NCBI GenBank assembly: GCA_013265495.1
Contig: MU058206.1
Span: forward strand, 186,001 to 250,000
Length of the DNA: 64,000 nt
Direction of reading: 5' to 3'
DNA from: Vicugna vicugna
Lineage: Eukaryota
The notes beneath the pieces were generated by a model that did no database searches, had not been told where the DNA came from, and worked only from the letters and a program-made list of their open reading frames with translations. The position numbers and the translations under genes were made by a program. Position 1 is the first letter of the stretch. Each line of letters starts with the position of its first letter. This document shows, piece by piece, positions 12,630 to 25,838 of this stretch.

Positions 12630-12771
12630 CGGGGGGAAGGTATAGCTCAGTGGTAGAATACGTGCTGAGCGTGCACGAGGTCCTGGGTTCAATCCCCAGT
12701 ACTTCCATTTAAAGAAAAATTTTTTAAATAAATAAATTAACCTACCTACCTACCCCACCACCACCACCCAA
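12630..12771 (+). mobile_element. Camelid tRNA-derived SINE (Vic-1-like) with TSD
   Basis: tagctcagtggtagaa...ggttcaatccccagtac; 17-bp TSD aaaaataaggttggatg (12613-12629) / aaaaataagactggatg (12772-12788). Confidence 0.9.
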
Positions 12772-13165
12772 AAAAATAAGACTGGATGAATACTTAAGTA
12801 GTAAGTGAGGTTAGGGGCTTCCAATTCCCAGAAACTCACTCTCTGTCCTTCTCCAGTCTCTGAACCGCTTATCTGGATCCAACCACAAAGTGACATGAGA
12901 ACAATGGCCGCTCCCACCCTGTGCTTGGCTGCTGGAGGGCACCAGCAGTCACTAGTTGAACCCTGCCTGCAGGAGGGTCTGGGCTCCTAAGGACAGAGCA
13001 CCAGGAGGCTGGGAGGTAGCTACGAAGGTGCCATGTCATTAGGAAGAGGCTAGATCGAGGCGGGTGGACTGGAAATCTGAGTCCACTTTGGAGTAGATGC
13101 ATCCACGGTGCTGGGGGCAGACAAGAGGCAGCTACCCTGGCCAGCGAGACAAAGGGGGCAGTTAC

Positions 13166-13261
13166 CTCTTTTCGGTGGTCTGTGCTGCCCCAGGACGCTG
13201 AGCGCTTGTGTGTACCAGAGCTGGCCCGCTCGCCTTCAAGCTCTTGCCAGGACAGGGGGGT
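13166..13261 (-). CDS. FAM117A: FAM117A exon 3 (96 nt; TPLSWQELEGERASSGTHKRSASWGSTDHRKE)
   Basis: Motif HKRSASWGS; acceptor tgcag|ACC, donor GAG|GTAACT. Confidence 0.96.
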
Positions 13262-15589
13262 CTGCAGAGAGAGAAACCCCGTGAGACAGAGAAGCTTCTC
13301 GGGAAGACCATGGGGAAGCAGACGCACCATTTCCTGAACAGAGGTGGCGGCTCTCTGATGTCTTCTCTCACTTGCTCATCAACTGCCCGGACCCTGCCAG
13401 CATCCTTTATTCTTTCAGGCTTCTCTACCTGCACGGCCTCCGTCCTAAGCCACACCCTCCAGGGAACTTTCCCTGATGAGCCAATCAGGCCGACCTGCTC
13501 TTTCCTCTCTTCCGACTTTCACACACAGATTACAGCCCCAGCTATTCCAAGTGCTTCTCCCCAGTAGTGAGGATTAGTAGTGTCATTGTCCCTCCCTATA
13601 CCAACTGGCTCCAAAAGAACACAGGCTCAGGGAACCAGCTGCATCCTTGATTCTCTCCTCATCTAAATGCCCAGCACAGGCCCAGGTTCCTAGGAACCTA
13701 ACAAAAGCAAGTTACCAGACGGGACTCCCTTCGGGAATCATTAACTGGTAAAACAGGAAAAAGCTCCACAGAGATCCCCGCTCTCCATCCTCCCCACAGC
13801 AGGAGGCTTCTGTGTGGGGCAGTGCCTCAAGCTTGTTCCACCATTTTCCTCTGTGTGTAAGTGTGGGGGCCTCCTGAAGTCCCCCTGAATATAGAGAGGG
13901 GACATTTTCAGAAAGGAGGGAGCCAGAATTCTAAACTCAGCCTTGACTCCTGACCCCTCTTGGCTTTATCACAGCTCTTTCTCCTGGGCCCTGCTCCGAC
14001 CCCTTGTGAGAATAAGCCTCTCGGTCAGCCAGCCTCCCTCCCTTGCTGCACAGAAGACAAACGATCCAAGATGGAGGCAGGGGGAGTTGTAGACCCACTT
14101 CCTGAGCCCCCACTGGACGGAGGAAGCTGTTGGCTCTAGGCATGAGGCAGAGGAGGACAAGATTCCGCTCCCCCCCCCCAACCTTCCCTACTTCCATTCC
14201 AAGGGAGGGGCCCAAGGGGGAAGGCTCCAGTGGAACCAGTTCCCCTCTAACTTCTCTGCACAAGCTGCCAAAACCATGAGGGCCTGGGAACCATCTCCTC
14301 CAACAAATCTGCTGACCTCCCCCGAGAGGTTGTTGCAAACAGAAAAGGGGGAGGAAAGGAGGGGAAAAGCCCAACAACTCACCACCCAACAGCTGTGAAG
14401 AAGAGTGTGGTGGGGGCAGTCCAAGCGGGGCTGTGGGAGCAGGCTGCCCTGTGTGACAGCTGCCGTGCAGAGGGGCTACGGGGGCCGAGCCTCCCTGCCT
14501 CTTCCTTCTCCCAGCCGCCCACCCATCAGGACCTTCTACTAGGCTGTGCAACCAGCCAGGGTGAGACAATGGCCTCTTCCCTGGGGCCAGCACCCCAAGG
14601 GAGACCCTCCAGCAATGTGTCCCCTACTATTCTTTCTTTAGGAAAAAGGCGGGCAACACATCCTCAGGCCCCCACCTCAAAGCCCTCGAGGTGGAGCTGG
14701 CTCTAACAGTCCTTGGAACCACGCAGCTGGTCTACTTCCTAATGTCCACATCTCTCTAAACCAGGGTGTTGGCAGACCGAGCCTTCGAGAAGGCTGCTGC
14801 AGCTACTGAAAAGAGAGGAGAAAGTTTACCTCTCCCATCGCTCCCCCAGCCCAGCAGATGCACAAATGCTCCTCTCCTCCCAGGGCTCCAAAGCTAAACC
14901 TGTAGATTTCTAGGGTCTGCTCATCAAAGCTCTGAGTCCCACACAAGCTTGTTGTCCCTGGAAAGGTGGCAGAGGCTGCAGAGGAGGGATGATAAAGGCG
15001 AAGGTCTTGATGCCCGCTTCCCCTCCTCTGGAAAGACCCCGCACTCACAGGTGGGTAGGGGGAGGTAGCCACATTCAAGCTGCCACCGCTTCAACTGACA
15101 TCTCTTGCAAACTCTTCAACTGCCTTCTTTCTTCTGAGATATGTGAGGGAGCAGAAGGAGAAATGGAGGCTAGCGCTGGAGGTTAGAAGGATGTGACAGT
15201 TCATGGCAGCAAGGATCATCTCCTCTCTCAGGCCAACTTACCTCACCTCAGTCTGCTCGGTGGCATCTCCTAGCAGCTACTGCCTCCTCTCTAAACTGTG
15301 CTACTAAGGCCGTGCCTCAACACCTGGCCCTGACCACAGACATCACCATCTTTCCCCCCATCCCCTGGGCTCTCCATCCTTGGCTCTCAGTCCTACAGGT
15401 AAATCTAGCGCCCTCTCCTTTTTCTTTCCTTATCCCTTGGCCTCAAAGCCTGGTCTCCTCATCCAAGATGGCTTGCCCCACCAGCTTTTCCCACCCTTTC
15501 CATCAGGGAGCCCTTCCTAACCTGTCCACCTCTGGCAGCCTACTGCTTCACTCTGCATCTCTGTTCAGAGGGATTCAGGATATATATAT

Positions 15590-16010
15590 GTCATTTATGC
15601 GCTCAGCAGAGAGTTACTGGGTGCAGGCTGGGCGTCAGGCACTGTTCAGGTGGTGGGGACACAGTAGTGCATAAAAATGGCAAAAATCGTCATCCCCTTT
15701 GGAGTTTACATTCTAGTGGAGACACAGTTTAAAGAGTGGAAAGTACTAAGAGAAAAATACAGCCATAAAGGGGAACAGGAATGCTGGACCAGGGAACATG
15801 ATTTTGAATGTCAGGGAAGTCCTCAGAGAAAAGGTAACTTCTGATAAAAACACAAAGGTGATGAAGAGTGAGCCATGGTGATACTGGAAATAAGAGTGAC
15901 CCAGATGGAAGGAATAGCAAGTGCAAAGGCCCTGAGGCAGAAGCAAGTCTGGTGTGTCTGAGGATAAGGAGGCCAGTGCTGTTGGGCCAGAGTGAGCAAG
16001 AGGCACAGTA
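15590..16010 (-). mobile_element. L2 LINE 3' fragment
   Basis: Typical reverse L2 motifs (ggagtttacattctagtgg; gcaagtgcaaaggccctgaggcag). Boundaries approximate. Confidence 0.75.
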
Positions 16011-16031
16011 GTAGGAGCGGAGCTCAGTAGG

Positions 16032-16504
16032 TGTGATAGATTGAAAATGGCCCCCTAAAGAAATCAGGTCCTAGTCCCTGGACCCTGTCAATGTTACCTT
16101 ATGTGGTAAAGTTTTTGCAGATGAGATTAAGTTAAGGATCTTGAGATGGGAAGATTATCCTGGATTATCCTGATAGGCCCTAAATGTCATTACAAGTGTC
16201 CTTATGAGAGAGGGACAGATTAGACACTCACAGAAGATCAGGCAGTGTGACCACAGAGGCAGAGATTGGGGAGATGTGGCCACAAGCCAAGGAATGCTGG
16301 CAGCCACCAGAAGCTGGAAGCTGTAAGGAATGGGTCTCCCAGAGAGCNNNNNNNNNNNNNNNNNNNNNNNNNNNNNNNNNNNNNNNNNNNNNNNNNNNNN
16401 NNNNNNNNNNNNNNNNNNNNNNNNNNNNNNNNNNNNNNNNNNNNNNNNNNNNNNNNNNNNNNNNNNNNNNNNNNNNNNNNNNNNNNNNNCAGGAACCTAA
16501 TACA
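16032..16504 (+). mobile_element. Solo MaLR LTR (MLT1D-like), partly in an N-gap
   Basis: TG...CA ends, MLT1 motifs (ttgcagatg.gattaagttaaggatcttgagatggg; ...aacctaataca), perfect 5-bp TSD GTAGG (16027-16031, 16505-16509). Confidence 0.92.
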
Positions 16505-19500
16505 GTAGGTTATCCTGTATCTGAAGCTGTTTCCATGATGGCCTTGAGCATCCTTCAGGCAGGCACGTGCACATGTGTGGGCTCTGGCCCCTCCAGCTGA
16601 ACTGGGAGCATCAGGGGTGGGGACCGTGCACTGCCCCTTACTTCCAGTGCCCCTGGGTAGCAGGTCCCTCCTCCTGGAGGTCTGGACCAAGGTCTACTTG
16701 GAGCACAGAAAAGTTACAGCTAAGAAAGGCCACTCTTCAAAGAGTGATTCAAGCCATGCCGCACGACAGCACCGTAAGTAATCGTCCCAGAAGGTCCCCT
16801 GGAAGCAGGATAAAGCTTGAGCTCTGTGGGCCAGTCATGTTTGTCAAAGGGACCCACATACTGGAACAGATTTATTTTAACACCCTGGACCAGGGGGAGT
16901 AGCTGAGGGAGAAGCAGGGCTACTTACTAGCCATGAGTGGTGTCGGCCAACTAAGCAGATGATGCTGGAATTATGCAAAACTGGATGTAGGTTAGACCAA
17001 GGAAGCTTTGCCTGGGATTCTGAAATCCCAGAGCAACATGTGGGATAACTGGGTGGGGACGGAGGACTGCTTTCCAAAGAGCAGCCTGATAGAAGAAGGC
17101 AGGTGTGAGATAGAGCCAAAACCCCTCCAAACTGGAACCTGCTTCTCTGCCCCACTCCCTCCACCCAACTATGTTTCTATCCGGATTCTGAGGTGGGACG
17201 AGTCCTGGTCCAAGCTGTCTCCAGTGACCTTGGCCGGGCTCTGGGAACATAACCCAGTGTACCTACACAGACATGCAGAGCAGCATGGTGCCTGGCCTAG
17301 TGCAGATGGCCAATAACTACGTGTTGAACTGAAATTCATCAGGGAATCAGCCCCTTGGGACCCAGCCAGACAAAGAGGCAGGAAAGGCTCTGAGGGTGGT
17401 CTGCCGGCCAGTGCCGAGGACTCTGGCTGCAGGTGGCCAAGGCCACCATCTCTGGCCCTACGGTGACTGTGCAACCCTCAGATTTCCCATCACGGACCCA
17501 TTTTTAAATAGTCTGTGCTGTTGTCAAACCATATACTGAACAACTAGCCCTGCTCACCCATGGCGCTGAGCCCAGGCCCCCATGCCTACAAAGAAAGGTG
17601 GGCAGACTGAGTTGTGTGTCATCACCAAATGTGGAGACCCTGGACTGGGAAAAGGAGGAGGATGGTATACAGGCAGGGAAAGTCACAGAAAGGGAAATCT
17701 TCCCAAAAAAAACCATGCCACCTCTGCCTCTGGCCTTCAGGGTACTCCCTAAGGTTTGTCAAGAATTTAAACTAATTTTTTTCTGAAGAGTAAGCTAGCA
17801 AAAGACAGTCAATCATAAAAGCATCCCCACCTCACCTGGGGCACATAGAGGACCCGGGGTAGAGATGAGCAGATTGGGGGCCCAGGCAGAGCCGGTACAC
17901 GGGGTCCCATCTGTCTGCAGGATGAGAACATGAGTGGGGGATCTTGGCTCCAACAGTCATTCCAGCTGTGGTGAGACCACTTCCTCCCTCCAGCAGAGTG
18001 CGAGAAGACTCCCAGCAAGAAGGGGGGTGGGGGTGACCGCACCCTTGCGTGTGCTGCCATCACCCGCCCTGGCCCAGGCCCAGGCCCAGCACCAGGAGGG
18101 GCCAGCCCAAAGCACTTGAAGGCCAGCTGCCTGACTAGCTGACCTTGGGGGAAGGCAGTCCAGAGAAGGTAAAGCACATTCCGAGTGACCCATACAGTCC
18201 TGACAAAGTCCTCCGACCCACAAAGAAACCCCTAGATGATGCAGACTCCATGCAAGAGCCCTCCTGGTTCTCCCTGACCGACCCCTTGGCATCCAGCTCC
18301 CGCTGCACCCACACCCTTCCTCACCCCAACCCAGCTGACCCCTGGGAGACCTGGTCATCCCTCTCCCATTGTGCATCCTGGCTCAGAACACGCAGCAGCT
18401 CCAAGGAACCCCTTCCCCAGTTACCACATTCACACCCCTCCTCCTCCTACTTAGAAAAACGTATTTCCCAAGTAAGATCCACCCACCTCTCTTCCTCACC
18501 TGCCTCAAATATTTGGGTGAGCCAGCTCTCCACGTCAGACTGCTTCAGTTGCCGAGGAAATACCTGTGCTCTCCTCTGTGTCCACCTAAGAGCTTGAGAC
18601 ACAGCTAAGCCCAGGGAGGGAACACTGGGACTGCTGGCAACCTGCTATATTTGAGAATGTAGAGCTTCAACCTCCATCTTCTGCCTTGTGAGAAGTCTTA
18701 AGGAGGCAGCATGCCTGGCTGTCTGAAAGGCAGATGTTCTGACATGAACTTGCCAGGCTCTGGCTGGCTCTACAGGGTTCGGAGAGGGGAGCTGAGCTGC
18801 TCAGCCTGCATCATAACTCTGGCGGCCATCCTCAGTGCAAGTCCTGTCCCCGGGAGTGCCAGGGCTGATGAGGCCCCCAGACACACACTCTGGTGCTGGC
18901 TTGGGGCGGGGGGGTGGCGGCTGGGGGTACAATTAAGAGAGCGGGAGTGAGGGCCTGCCAGATGTGGTGGACAGACTGACTACACTGGTGTGGCTAGAAG
19001 AGAAAGCGCAAAAGGGAAGGTAGGGATGAGAACAGCTCCCTCAAGCTCAAAGGAATTAGGGAAAGGTGCCGGCGTCATCTATTTTTAGCAACTTAAAAGC
19101 TTTCAAGGACTCTGGTAGATCCCACCTCCCTACCTTACCTCTAACCTTCTCCACACTTCTTGGTATATCCCCAGTAAAACCTCTCCCTCATCTCCAGTCC
19201 TTTCTGGGTGATGTGGCCATGCTCAGTAGGGAAGGAGCACCAATTACTTAGGGAGATGTCAGGAGAGCCTCAGGTCCTCCTGGCGTAATCCCAGTGCTAA
19301 AGAAGGTTGCTTGTGCCCGGCCAGGGTGCTCGAGCAGGAATTTGAATGGAGCCCAAAACCTAGAAGCAGAAAATTCCCAGGAGGCCAGGAATGAAAGATG
19401 GGCAGGGTACATACTTGGGTTTGGATGCCTACGTTGATCAGAATGCTCCCACCTCCTGACTGCGGCCACAATATTGACAGGTTGCTAAGAGTTCCTCGAG

Positions 19501-21368
19501 GGCTGGAGCCCATCCCAGGGAAAAGAGGAAAGCTGCACAGCTCGGCCTTGCCAGACCCACAGAGGCGCATCGCTGACCTCTGTCTTGCTGTGGCAAGAAG
19601 CCCAGACTTGTTATATAAAAGATCTGGCCTGCAGCTGGAGCCTGAGCAAAAACACACAGCCTAGAGCCCGTGCCTCTAAATCCGGCCAGGGAACATCTGA
19701 GGCCAACTCTGCCTTGAGTTGACAAAGAATGCTATCTGAGGAGTGGGATGGAGGCTTCCTAGAAGGCTGGGAGCAGGAAATGACAGAGACGGGGCTAGGT
19801 GGGCTGCATGGAAGCCAGCTGTTTGACAAAGGAGGGTGCAATCATGAGCTTACACACTCAAAGCAACCTCAAGTCCTGCTCCTCCAGGAAGCCCTCTGTG
19901 ACTAGATACGTTATTTGGACTAAATATTCCTTTCCAAAGAGAAAGGGGTATGTGCTCCAGGCCTGGGAGGGAGAAACATAACCTATCCTACTTGCCCTTT
20001 GCAGACGATACAGGGAACAACAGTGTCCATGGCTCCCAGGAAGCAGGCCTACTCTGCTCCCTGGACTCTGCTCTCCCTTCACCATCTGCTCATAGATCTA
20101 GAGTGCCGTCAGCTTTAACTGCAGCAAACTCCTGCTGGTCCAAGGTGGTGTATTCTTCTGAGAATTCCCCTCCTGGAAACTGGGCCGGACGTTTGGCCCC
20201 ATCTTATCCCTTGGCTCTCCGCTTGCTGGCCTTCACAGAACTGGCATCCAGACTCACCAAGGCCAAATCTTGTTCTCATTTCCTGGTTCTTCACTCCAAC
20301 ATGCCAAGAACAGTACTGGGCACTCAAATATTCACTAATAACATTCGAAAAGGGATCTCATTTTTAAAATAAATAAAAGAAAGGGACCGATGCGATGTGC
20401 TCAGCACAGGAAGGCGGGGGAAGTGAGCGCACAAAACCCATTCCCATTTGGCCGGCCCCCTCCCATCAGGCGGAGCGGGCTTGCTCCAGCGGCGTGCAAA
20501 GGAAGAGTGCAGGGCCCAGCATCCTCCAGGATGCAGGCCTGCCTCTGAGCCCGTGTTCTCCCCACCCTGTTTCCTCTTTCCTGAGAACAACTCATTTGTT
20601 CTGAGGTTGAACAGGAATGGGTTTAAACTACATCAAAAGGGAGAAGATTTGACTCTTAAAAACTTAACTGCTAATAATGTTGAAGTCCTGAATCAGAGTA
20701 ACAAATATCTTTGTATAATTTCACATAGGAGATGACTTCTTGCTCAGGCTAGCACTACCTCATTCCAAAACTGACCAATGGCCTGGATGATCTGCGGAGA
20801 TTCTGTGCAACTTTAGGATTCTTAATGAAAAGACTGCTGTGAAGAAAAATACTGAAAGAGGGGGCCTGGGCACCAGGGGACTCAGACGGGTTCACTGAAA
20901 TCCCTGACTGGGCTGCTGACCAGGAATCAACGCTCCATTATCTAGAACCTTCCACTCTATTGCTCCAGTGGGCTCTATCCTGACTCAACACACTTTCTGG
21001 TCACCTCTTTCAGTTGTCTGGGGCAATACAAACTCCACTGAATGTTGGCCCATTTAATTTTAGCACGGTAAATCTCATTTTTAAAACCTAGAATAAATTC
21101 TAAAATCAACTCTTGCTTACCCACACATGAATACTCGAAGGCAAACTGACAAACCCAGGTGGAATGCAAACTCACTTTCAGGGAAGTTTACAAAGAGAAC
21201 CAAGCTGGTAAACATGAGATGATGAAAAGTTACTTGGTGAGTATGGACAGCCAAAACCCGGAACAAGTCATGTCCATGACTGCGAGTTGGTGAGTAGACC
21301 AAAGGCCTCCTCAGTCAGCCCACTGCCCCATCCTTACCCCTTATCCCATTAGCGGAGAGCTTCATTAC

Positions 21369-21538
21369 CTGGGTGGCCTTGTCATTGGTACAGCAGGTGA
21401 AGGTCCCATCAGCATCTCGTGGCCACTGGCCCAGAAGGTAGGAGCTGAGGATGGTGTCCAGGGAGAATGTACGTCGGACCTGGGGTGGCTGAGGCCTACA
21501 CACTGGCTTTTCTGGGGCCACGGAACATGGGACGCTGG
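21369..21538 (-). CDS. FAM117A: FAM117A exon 2 (170 nt; SVPCSVAPEKPVCRPQPPQVRRTFSLDTILSSYLLGQWPRDADGTFTCCTNDKATQ)
   Basis: Motif RRTxSLDTIxxxYLxGQWPRD...DKATQ; acceptor ttccag|CC, donor CAG|GTAATG. Exons 2-8 plus the expected 196-nt exon 1 sum to 1362 nt (453 aa plus stop). Confidence 0.96.
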
Positions 21539-22466
21539 CTGGAAGAGAGCACAGCCCGCACACCTGGACATCAGCACAGAGGAAGGAGATGCGGTAACCA
21601 ACCTTCTCTCGTAGAAGTCTTGCTGGACTGCCACGTCTTCACTTCTACCTACCTCTCTCCTAAAAGAATCGGAAGCAGCCCATGAAAGCACATACACTCT
21701 GATGAAAGCTTCCGTGACTTAACCAGCTGGCCTTGTCACGGGAAACAATTTACACCATTTTACTTTGGACAAGGAGTGACTTTACACGTCCTCTTTGTCT
21801 TGTTCCTAATGGATAACCAACTGTGAACTCCTAGGTCTCTGAATTAAGTTTCCTGAGACTAGACTGTTTCCCATCATTAAAGAGGTCACTCGAAGTGGAC
21901 AAAAACCAATTTTTCCTCCATCTTTTATCTCCTGCCCTTCTTCCTCTGTCCAGCAGAACACAAATTCACTGCACTGCATAAATTCAACCCAGCTAACTGA
22001 AGGACTCTTTAAACTTCCTCCAGGACAGGTTAACTTTAGGGAACCAAGGTGACTGAGACAGAGAGAATGATGGAACTAATTTCAGCTATTCAAGATGGAG
22101 GAAAACACCCAAGTCTTTGGTTCTGTCTCTGACAAAAATAAAGCAGTTATAAATCCACACATTTTGTCTTTATTTTGGTTAAAGCTTTCTGGGAGAAGGT
22201 AAAAGTTGAAACCCCTGATAAAATGTAAGGGTTCTGGAATCATCTGTAAGTTTCAATCGTCTGCGTTGACCATGTTTTCCACAGCCACGTTCAAAACACT
22301 CTACTATCTTAAGCTCTGTAAGGCTCGTTCCTTTAAACACAGCAAAATGCCTTCACATCTGTACTAATCTCTTGATAATTCATGGTGCATTAAGCACAGC
22401 AAAAGGAACTGAGGATGGTAGATATAAATAAACTTGAAGAGCTTTATATTAAAAAGACACTAACAG

Positions 22467-23071
22467 GTTGGCAGTTCCTCAAAAAGTTAAATATAGAATG
22501 ACCATACAATCCAGCAATTCCGCTTCTAGGTATAGGTACAAAAGAAGTGAAAGGAGGGTCTCAAAAAGGGATTNNNNNNNNNNNNNNNNNNNNNNNNNNN
22601 NNNNNNNNNNNNNNNNNNNNNNNNNNNNNNNNNNNNNNNNNNNNNNNNNNNNNNNNNNNNNNNNNNNNNNNNNNNNNNNNNNNNNNNNNNNNNNNNNNNN
22701 NNNNNNNNNNNNNNNNNNNNNNNNNNNNNNNNNNNNNNNNNNNNNNNNNNNNNNNNNNNNNNNNNNAATAAAACTGACACAAAAGAACAAATATTGTATG
22801 ATTCCACTTACATGAAGTACCTGGAATAGGCAAATTCATAGGGACAAGAAGTAGAGCAGAGGTTACTAGGAGCTTAGGGGGAGAAGGGAATGGGGAGTTA
22901 TTGTTTAATGGACATAGACTTTCCGCTTGGGATGAGGAAAATGTTCTGGAAATGGATGGTGGTGATGGCTACAAAGCATCGTGACAATATACTTAATGCC
23001 ACTGAATCATAAACTTAAAATGGTTAAATGGTCAATTTTACGTTATGTGTATTTACCATGATTAACAAAAA
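22467..23071 (+). mobile_element. Old L1 (L1MA/L1MB-like) 3' end, spanning an N-gap
   Basis: ccagcaattcc.cttctaggtata; acaaatattgtatgattccactta; gttctggaaatggatggtggtgatgg; A-rich end. Confidence 0.85.
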
Positions 23072-23879
23072 AGAAACACCAACAATACGGACCTACATTC
23101 TCCAAATTGATTTAAATTTTTACACACAATTTTGACATAATTGTAATCAACATGAAATGTACATGATGTTCTGCTTTGTTCTTCCCATTTCCAAGTGTCA
23201 ACAATCTACATATTTGTCATTTTTACAGACTACATAATATTCCACCAGGTTGATATATATATAGGAGTTTGCTTATCCACTCCCATATTATTGGACATTT
23301 GAGAGGTTCTCCCCTCACAGTTTGGTATCATAAATTTTACTGCATGGACAACTTTTAGTCTCGGTTTTTATCCAGTTCCTAACATATCTGTTAGTCATTT
23401 CCCTCAGCCATCACATAATATGTGCTCACATAATACAAATTAAAAATGACATAATTACAAAAGTAGGAAGTGTGAATTGTGGAAAAGTCAAGAAACACAA
23501 AACAACAGCAAAAAGAAACTTTAAATCTCAACACCCAGAGATAATCATTGGTAATACTGCGAGATATCCTGGTGGGCCTCATCTTCTGCATGTGTGCATG
23601 TGTATGCTTTAAAATTTAAAAAGTGGGATCATATGGTACATACCATTTTGCAATGAGTTTTCACCTTATATCATAAACACCTTTCCAAATCAATATATGT
23701 TGACCTGCAATACATCCTTTTAAATCTTAACACCCTTAAAACTCCTCAAAGGCTCTCTTTCAAAGATGGTACTCAAAGGCCTCATGTTCTGCTCCCACTT
23801 AACCTTTCCTTTACACTTCACTCCTCTTCAAGATCTCTTCGTCCTGGACAAACTACACTACGCATCATTTCCCACCCTT

Positions 23880-24190
23880 CTCTCAGGCCTTCCCCCTTCT
23901 GAGGTTTTGCACACGTGCCTAGGGCTGAACTCTGATCCACCCATCAGGGCCGGCCTAACCATCTCTGCCTCCACAGAGCCTCCTGGATCCCCTGGAGAGT
24001 ATCTGAGGACTTTCTGATTTTCCCTAGACTTTGTCCTCTTTTAGTACTTCCCAGTCTCTCTCTCAGATTACAAGCACTTGTAACTCCCAGAAAACAAACA
24101 GCCTGTAGCCAAGGGCTGTGTCTAATTTATCTCTGTACCCCACAGCGCATAGAGCATAGCGCTGGAGCTGCGCAGGCACCTAAGTACTTG
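23880..24190 (+). mobile_element. Degenerate L2 3' fragment
   Basis: L2-like motifs near the end (tttatctctgtaccccacagcgcatagagcatag). Approximate. Confidence 0.5.
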
Positions 24191-24693
24191 CATAAAATCA
24201 AAAACCTGTGACTACAAGGTGAGCCTGCTCTAATTAAACCTGGTTTATGTTTGTCTGCCCCGCACATCCATGCTCACCTGGCTCACCATGGGTAAAGCCT
24301 CCTGAGTGGCTGGTCCCTTTTCCTCTCTCTGAGGCCCAGCAAGGCCCAACCTCCTTGCTGCCCTACTTGCACCTGTCGCCCAGTAAGCAGTGACAGGCAT
24401 GCTGGGTTCAAGCTCCAACTTCATATTGCCCAACTACATATTTCAACCACTCACTGTCCTGCCCTGGGTTTAAGATCAAAAGATGGCAATCCAGATATTT
24501 CTGGGAACTTCTGACCCATGCGGCAGCCTGGCCAAATGCCAAAATGCTGTCCTGTGTTTCTCCCAGACTGTCTCTAAGAGCCTACCATTGAGGCCGGGGC
24601 CCCGGAAAGCAAGTGTACAAGATTTCATGACAGAGGAGATAACAGGCAGATGGGAAGCAGATGAGTAAGAGACCGGCGTAAAGACCAGAATAC

Positions 24694-24930
24694 CATTATC
24701 TTCATTCTAGGGACATGGAGACAAAGCCACTGAACAGGACAGGTAAGACTGGAACCCAGCACAATTCGCCTCCTGGCCCTGTTTTGTCCCTCATCAGAGG
24801 TCCTGGAAGAACATAAAAGTAAGCAAACTCCGACTGACATGAGACACAGATGAGAACTTAATTTAAGGGGGAATTGCAGTGAGAAATGTATCCTGGGTTT
24901 CTATTACCAGATAGTGGCTCTTAGCTGCTT
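24694..24930. repeat. Copy 1 of an unidentified duplicated element in FAM117A intron 1
   Basis: 24694-24910 aligns without gaps to 42463-42679 (23 mismatches in 217 nt, hand count); weaker match for about 20 nt more. Confidence 0.93.
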
Positions 24931-25797
24931 CATTGCTGTCAAAAGGAAGAGGGCTGTGACTCGGGCTGAGAAAGAAGCGGCGGGGAGAAAGATTTCTCGG
25001 AGCCACCTCTTTCAGCTCCTCAGCAGAAATTGCTGCAAAAATCTTTAGATATTTTTCCATCCTGAGACCCTATGTACTCTCTTCTGTTTACATAATACTT
25101 TCAAGTTCTGCCCCCTCCCTACAAAGTCCTTGTGTGTGTATAGTCCTTTGCTCTCCCGTTAGCCCTAAAAGGGGCTCAGGAAAGACTGATAAGGAAACCA
25201 AGGCACAGAGAAGTCCAGTCTCAGATTGGACTTGGCTGTCCAGTAAGTCAGCAGCAGTCCTACATCTAAATCCAAGCCTCCTTCCTCCTGAATCAGCTCA
25301 CGGGGCTCACAGCCCTTCTGCATCAGGAATGCCCCTTCAGGGTGCAGGGATGCCTGCCTACAACCAGGATGAAGGACTGTCCTTTAGCTCCTTTGGGGTG
25401 ATGGGGGTTGGGGAGAGAGGAGAATGGAAGGCAGGCCAGGTGACCACAGTGATTTTTTGTTTGGCGGTGGGTCTGTTTTCTGGAGAAGTCTTTGAAACCA
25501 AGGGGAGAGGAATCTAGTAGCCCCTCAGGACAATTGAAGCCACACCTCTTTTACATCGTTCCCATTGATACCCTTCATGTCCCATCCTGTTGGAGGAGTC
25601 CAGTCTCAAAGGCAGTAAGCAGAGATGACACTCTCTTCCAGGGCTAGGGAGGACCCAGGATCCTGGAATTTGGTGTAAGACTCCAACCACCCATTTTGGT
25701 CAACACTACGTGCTCTCTGGCCACCTCTGACCACAGTTATTCTCCAGGACTCTGAGGGCTTCATCGATTCTGACTTGCTCCAATATATACAAAAAAT

Positions 25798-25799
<2 letters not shown>

Positions 25800-25834
<35 letters not shown>
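25800..25834. repeat. (AC)n microsatellite
   Basis: Directly visible. Confidence 0.95.

Positions 25835-25838
<4 letters not shown>

Noticed and set aside
13937-14593. 218-aa minus-strand ORF in FAM117A intron 2
   Set aside because: Low-complexity G/P/S composition, no recognisable domain, no convincing splice sites.
19612-19620. Plus-strand TATATAAAA as an antisense promoter
   Set aside because: Isolated motif with no CpG island or downstream donor; expected by chance in 64 kb.
24740-24810. Hammerhead-ribozyme-like CUGAUGAG...CGAA in both copies of the duplicated element (minus strand)
   Set aside because: The core needs GAAA but reads GAAU/GAAG; helix II cannot extend beyond one G-C pair; helices I and III do not flank a cleavage triplet.
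24694-24910. H/ACA or C/D snoRNA reading of the duplicated element
   Set aside because: ANANNA-like and UGAUGA words occur, but I could not place a consistent hairpin-H-hairpin-ACA or terminal C/D pair; left to an Rfam search.
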